Part shown: piece after piece, positions 58,646-64,000 of the stretch
How the letters are laid out: each line of letters starts with the position of its first letter
Position numbering within the stretch: the first letter of the stretch is position 1
NCBI GenBank assembly: GCA_043228905.1
Contig: JBHGNT010000092.1
Span: 1-64,000, forward strand
Origin: Azolla caroliniana
Lineage: Eukaryota > Plantae > Polypodiophyta
Direction of reading: 5' to 3'
DNA length: 64,000 nt
The notes under the pieces: generated by a model
What the model was told of the DNA's origin: nothing
The model's input: the letters and a program-made list of their open reading frames with translations, nothing else
The model's database searches: none
Translations under genes and position numbers: made by a program

Positions 58646-61538
58646 TCCCCGTTTCCCACGCTGGACTCCTTTGCCGGCCGGTAACACATGGCACGCCCGT
58701 GGGACAATACCTTGTACGTCGAATCCACAATCGACCCTTGCTATTCTTCGTCCAAAATATCCAGAATGCTTTGTTCGAGAGTCTCCAATGGTTCATCTGG
58801 AATTGGTTGTTGTTGTTGTTGTTGTTGTTGTTGCTGCTATGTTGATGTCTGCTGCGACGGGTCCGTTGGTGGCTGCTGCGGCTGCTCCTCCGTTTGTTGC
58901 TCTGACACCGGCGTCTCCGTCGTTGCTCCCTCCGTCGTAGTAGTCTCCGGTTGACTGGTTCCGGGCTGGCCCTCAGCCGGCGACGGGTCCTCATCACTAA
59001 GGTTAACCGTTGCCGCTTCCCGTGCTTTTTCTTCCCGAACCTGGGACCGCTCGTAGCTTTCAAACTGGATTTGAGCGTCCAGCCTATCATCGTCTAGCTG
59101 AGCTACGAGTTGCCTGACCTGCGCCAGCTATTCATCCGCCAGGACTTGGAAGTCGTCGGCCAGCTCGTCCCGTATGGCGGTGAAGTCCTCGGAAGTCAAC
59201 GTATAACAATCATCTCCTTCCTTCCGCCGGTTTGCCACGTCTGCCCGTAGCAATTGGAGTTCCGTCGCGTTTTGTGCCCACTTTGTCCACCATCTTACGG
59301 AGCTTTCGTCAATCAAGTGTTTTGTCTGATTCAGACATGCCCGAAGGATGGACTGAATCCGGCCCGTTCCCAATTGCGATTTGGTTTCCGCCGCTTGCCG
59401 TTCCTCCTTCAGTTGCTTGATGATTTTGACGTTGTCTTCCACCTGCTCCTTGTAATGCGTCAATTGCCTTTGATATGTGCTTTGTAATTTCTGCAATACC
59501 GTTGACGCTCTCTCTTTTTCTTCCTGCTGCTGCCTCTGGAGCTCCATCCAGACCTTCTCCGCCTCGTCCAAGCGTCTTGTATTTTCCGCACGTTCGTCGG
59601 CGATCGCCGTTGCGGCCCGATCAACTTCCTGCTAGAGCTCGGCCATCCGTTCCTTATGCTCCGTTTCCAGCCGTTTGTAGTCCCGGTGCAGGTGATCAAA
59701 ATCATCTGTCTTTTGGTTGAGCCGTGCGTTGATCTGTCGACGGGCCCGGTCCTCGCGGTCCTTCTGCTGGCGGAGCTCTTCCTTTAGCCGTTCAATTTCC
59801 GTTTCCGCCGTCTTCCGCAGCTTGTCCTTTTCCTGCAGCACTTTGTCTTTTTCCTCCCTTAGCCAGTCGTACGCTTGATGGCCTTTCCGGAGGCTCTCCT
59901 CTGCCCGGCGGAGGTTCTTAACAGTCTTCTTTAATTCGGCTTCGGCCGCTGTCTTCAATTCCCGTTCACGGCTCCTTAGCGCTTCTTGTGCGGCAAGTTC
60001 ATCTCTCAATTCCGCAAGCTCCTGGGCTTGCGCCGCATCTCTCACCGGAACGGTTTCCGTTGCCAGGGTCTTATTGGTATGTACAGGTCGATCCGTTTCT
60101 TTATTTTGTACACTTATCGGAGTCACCGGTGATTGGATCTGTGTTGCCGTTAAGGCCATTTTGGCCATCTCTGTCGTGACCTGATCCAAGTCTTTTTCAA
60201 GGCACCGGATTCTGGACCGGGCCGTCTCTAGTTGTTCGGTTGTGACGAGCAACCATTCTCTTTGTGCGCTCTTTCTTCCGCCTCAATATACCCCACTTCT
60301 CCGGCTATCTGTTCGCCTATCCACCGGAGCCACAGGCTACCGGTGCATTGTTGTGCTTGCACGGAGGTTTGACAGTTGGGCTCACTTGTAGATGGGTGGT
60401 CCAGCCTGGTTGCGCCGAGTTGCAATTCCGTTTCTACCCGTGGACCACCCTGCCGTCCTGGTTCCCCTTGCGCTTCTTCTTGGTTGGCTGAGGGAGGCTC
60501 CATTGACCTTTCCGGCTCTGGCGGGATGGGACTTGCCGGTGTTGCTGGTGGTGCCGGGGCTTCTGATTTCGGTGCCATGCGCACCGGTTCCGGTTCCTTC
60601 CTTGGCGTGGGAGTCTCAATATGGGGAGCCGGTGTTCCCTCTGTCTGAGGGTCCGAACATTTCTCGGCTGCCTCAACAGTCCTTGCCGACGACCGTCGCT
60701 GGAGGTGCTCCGTAGGCTCCTCCTCTATTTCCTCTTCCTGAGTCCCAACATTGAGTTTTGCCGCCAAGGGGTCCGCTTCTCTATTCACCGGTCGGTGGAG
60801 TGTATCCTTTACGGGCCGTGCCGGTGGTTCCTCCTACGCATCCGTTGGCCGCTTCCGGCTGCCGCTCTCCTTTCCTGCTTGTTCTGCATCCGCCGCCTTC
60901 CTCTTAGTGGCCTTAGAGGCCAACAACTGTTGTCGTTTGGAAGCCGTCTTTGGGGTGCCGTCCGCCACTCTTCCTCGCTTCTTGGGCTGGACGGGCTGGA
61001 CGGGTGGCACAAGCAAGGTGAGCCACTACGTTACGGCGTGCCATATCCTCCATCCGTCTCGGCCTTCTTTGCCGTCTTTGCCTTTGACGATCTCGATCGC
61101 CGCACACAATCTGTTTGCGATCAATACCGGCCAATCCACCTTGATCCCTTCATAGGTGGCGATGATCATCCCTGCCCGGTTCTGCGGCATGACAGGGGGT
61201 CTAGGGTACACATGGCCGTATTCGTGGAGCACACAAGCAATCTCGCGGAACAACATATCTCCGCCGCCCTGTGTCCGGTAGCCCTTGCTGGCTAGGGAGT
61301 ACTCACCAAAATACCTGATGAGTTGCTCCGGGGTTGGATTGTCAATCGTGAGTATGCCTCCCTCCGGAAGGCTTGTTAACGCTCGAATCGCCTCTGCCGT
61401 TATGACCTCTGTGTCAATTTCTTTGATCACCTTGTCGGCTTCTTTGTGTGGAGGTACTTCCATCATCATCAAGAAGCCCTCGAGCCCGTGTTGCTTTAGC
61501 CATGTCTTGGTGGCTTCCGACAGCGTTTGCGGGTCCAT
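58646..61538 (-). pseudogene. Gypsy extra 3' ORF (env-position ORF): globular N-terminus, Pro/Glu-rich linker, long coiled coil, poly-Q; frameshifted
   Basis: Consecutive same-strand fragments 61026-61538 (MDPQTL...KVDWPVLIANRL), 60834-61016, 60228-60788, 59632-60252 and 59128-59571, continuing to the LTR. Confidence 0.75.
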
Positions 61539-61908
61539 GTCTGTGTCGAGGTCGGATTGCGGTGACGAGGTTGGATGGTGATGAGAGTGAGATTGAGAGA
61601 GAGAGAGTTCAGAAGGCAAGGGTTCTCTGTGCGTAGGTTCTCGTCTGATGATCTTGCAGCGCCTTGGTGCTTCTGTGCTCCTCGGTTCGCGAAAGTAAAA
61701 GGGTCTCCACGCGCAGTGGTTTTTCTCTGTGCATTCTGGCGCCTTTTTCGAGTGTGTGCACGTCATGTACTAAAATAGCATTATGTCCTGTGGTGGCGCT
61801 TCAAATGCCCACTACGTACCTTTTCGCTCCCCGCTCTTTCATCCATTCATTCCTCACATTTGCATGATTACTTCGTTTTTTCTTTTTCTTTTTTTTGAGA
61901 GTGTGACG

Positions 61909-64000
61909 TTACTTGTCCGTTGGTCCTCTCGGACCCTTACCGACCTCATTCTCCCCAATTACCGGCTTGCCGTGTCCACCGTCTTGGTGGTTGCCGTTTC
62001 CCTCATAGGTTGCCGTTTCCGCACTAGTGTCGGTCCTTTGCTCAAATGGGTTCTTAGGCATCAGTCCTCTATATGGCTTCAATCGGAATCCGTTGACCAA
62101 TTTGCCTAGCACTTTGCCGGCAAGTTTCCCTAACTGGTAGGACCCATTATACTCACATGTTAGCCAATACGATCCGGTCCATCTAGACCGTAGTTTACCC
62201 GACATCTTGCCCATCCGGGTCTGAAATACTAGCACCGGTTTGCCAATTGCGAACATTTTTTCGTTTCCTTTCCTGTGCCGGTCGACAAATGCTTTCCATT
62301 GCCGTTGCTCCAATTCTAAGTGCAGGATGCTTGCCATTCGTTGTTCGTCGAGTTCACACAGCGCTGTTAACCGTATTGCCTCCGACTCCTTCTCGTTCAG
62401 CCGTTCCCGTAGCTGGATCCGTAAGCTGGGTACTTGGAATTCCACCAGCATTACCGCCTCTAGTCCGAACGCTAATCGGAACGGTGTTGTTCGGATGCTC
62501 GTTTTGTATGCCGTCCGGTATTGCCCAAAGCGCGCTATGTAGCTTGGTATCCCAATCCGTTCGGTTTTCGTTGACGATCTTCCGGAGGATATTCTGGAGC
62601 CTCTTGTTCGTTGATTCCGCTAAACCGTTCGCTTGCGGATAGTAAGGTGTGCTCCGTTTGTGGACAACGGCATAGAATTTCGTCAGGCTTTCCACTACTT
62701 GGCCGAGAAAGTGCCCCCCCTGGTCGCTTATTAATTCAATTCGGCATCCGTACCGGCACCAGATGTACTCGTATAGAAATTTCGCCATTGACGCAGCGGT
62801 GTTGTCTCTTAATGCTTTGGCCTCCACCCATTTCGTGCAGTAATCTGTCGCGACAATGACGTACCGATTACCCGTTCTCATTGCCGGTGGTTTGAACGGT
62901 CCAACAAAGTCCAACCCCCACTTCTGGAATGGCTCGAGTGGTAGTACCGGCTAGTGTGGCATACGAGCCTGCTCCGTTGGCTGGCCCATTCGCTGGCATA
63001 GGTCACATTCTTTTGCGTACCGTACCGCATCTCTTAATGTCGTTGGCCACCATAGGCCACTTTGCCATATTTTCCTGGCTGTCGCATCCCCGGCATAGTG
63101 ACCTCCGGCAACCCCGTAGTGGGCTTCCCTCAATATCAGGTCCTTTTCATCGTTGCGCACCGCCCGTCTCCATATGCCGTCCGTGCCCTTGTGGTAAAGT
63201 GTGTCTTGCAGTAAGCAAAAATGTCGGCTTTGCACCGCCAGGTGTTTCTGTTCGTCCCGGTTCATCTCTTCCGGAGGCAGTCCTGTGCTCAGAAACTGGT
63301 GCATATTTGTGAGCCACTTGTCTTCCTGTGCCACCGTCTCATTTGCTGCCGTCTCCGTAGTGACTCGAAACAGCTCCGCATCCGGAAACTCATCCGCTAC
63401 TCCGTCACCCGTCTCTCTGGACTCTAATCGGCTTAAGTAATCCGCCATGGCATGCTGTATACCGGGTCAGTGGAATATTTCAAACTCGAATTCCTGTAAC
63501 AGTAAGGTCCATCGGGCCAATTTGCCGGTGAGTGACGCTTTGGACACCAGGTAAAAGAATGCCGAATGATCTACATGGAAGGAAAACTTCCTTCCCAATA
63601 AATAATGTTGAAACTTTGTCACACTGTAGATCATCCCTAGAGCTTCCCGTTCCGTGGTAGAGTAGTTCCGTTCTGCTTGGGATAGCTTTCGGCTGGGATA
63701 GTACACTGGCCGGTACCACTTTGGCTCCGTAAGCTGCATCAGTACGCTTCCGATTGCAATGTCGGAGGCGTCCACGAACACGTGAAATTCTTTACTCCAA
63801 TCCGGAGGCTGCACTACCGGTGCTTGCGACAATAGTACCTTGAGGGCCCTATACGACCTATCCTCGGTGTCAGTCCACTGGAATGGTGTCCGATGTACGG
63901 CGGCATGCAACGGTGTAGCCAGGTCGGCCAAGTATCAGAGCATCCGGCTGTGCCACCAGATCTGGCCTAAGAACCGGCTTAATGCCTTTGTCGTTGCCGT
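61909..64000 (-). pseudogene. Gypsy pol (RNase H + integrase) with stops and a frameshift
   Basis: ORF fragments 63467-63931, 62951-63448, 62354-62914 and 61909-62451. Confidence 0.9.

Larger units (their letters stand above)
58253..64000 (-). mobile_element. Ty3/Gypsy non-chromovirus (Athila-like) LTR retrotransposon, 3' part, runs off the window
   Basis: RT connection/RNase H (VDASDIAIG, YSTTEREAL, RWTLLLQEF), integrase (HYAG..C..CQ, DFVGP, SDQG, YPQANG.AE, KLRSRWTG...VNGFRLKPY), an extra ORF, a PPT near 58646-58659 and the 3' LTR. Confidence 0.92.

Overview
Eukaryotic land-plant genomic DNA (repeat types suggest a seed-free plant such as a fern; this is inference). Three host genes are supported: an intronless molybdenum-cofactor-sulfurase-like PLP-fold gene (6905-9223, +) lacking the usual catalytic Lys and Cys; a five-exon EMC8/9 gene (11880-14730, -) with a ~300-bp array of heat-shock elements just upstream; and a multi-exon USP-domain/coiled-coil gene (36356-40075, +). 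The rest is a nested set of transposons: five L1-type LINE pieces (four sharing one 3' terminal motif, one with a twin-priming 5' inversion), an RTEX-like LINE, two related Copia elements with both LTRs, PBS, PPT and TSD, a solo LTR, a hAT-like MITE, and the 3' part of an Athila-like Gypsy element with a large extra ORF. The most unusual feature is two copies of a ~1.1-1.2-kb non-coding element inside Copia #2. Each has TGTCGTGAAGAT-type inverted termini, a 4-bp TSD (CCGG or CCGT) and an embedded tRNA-like Pol III module. All calls were made by eye without database searches.
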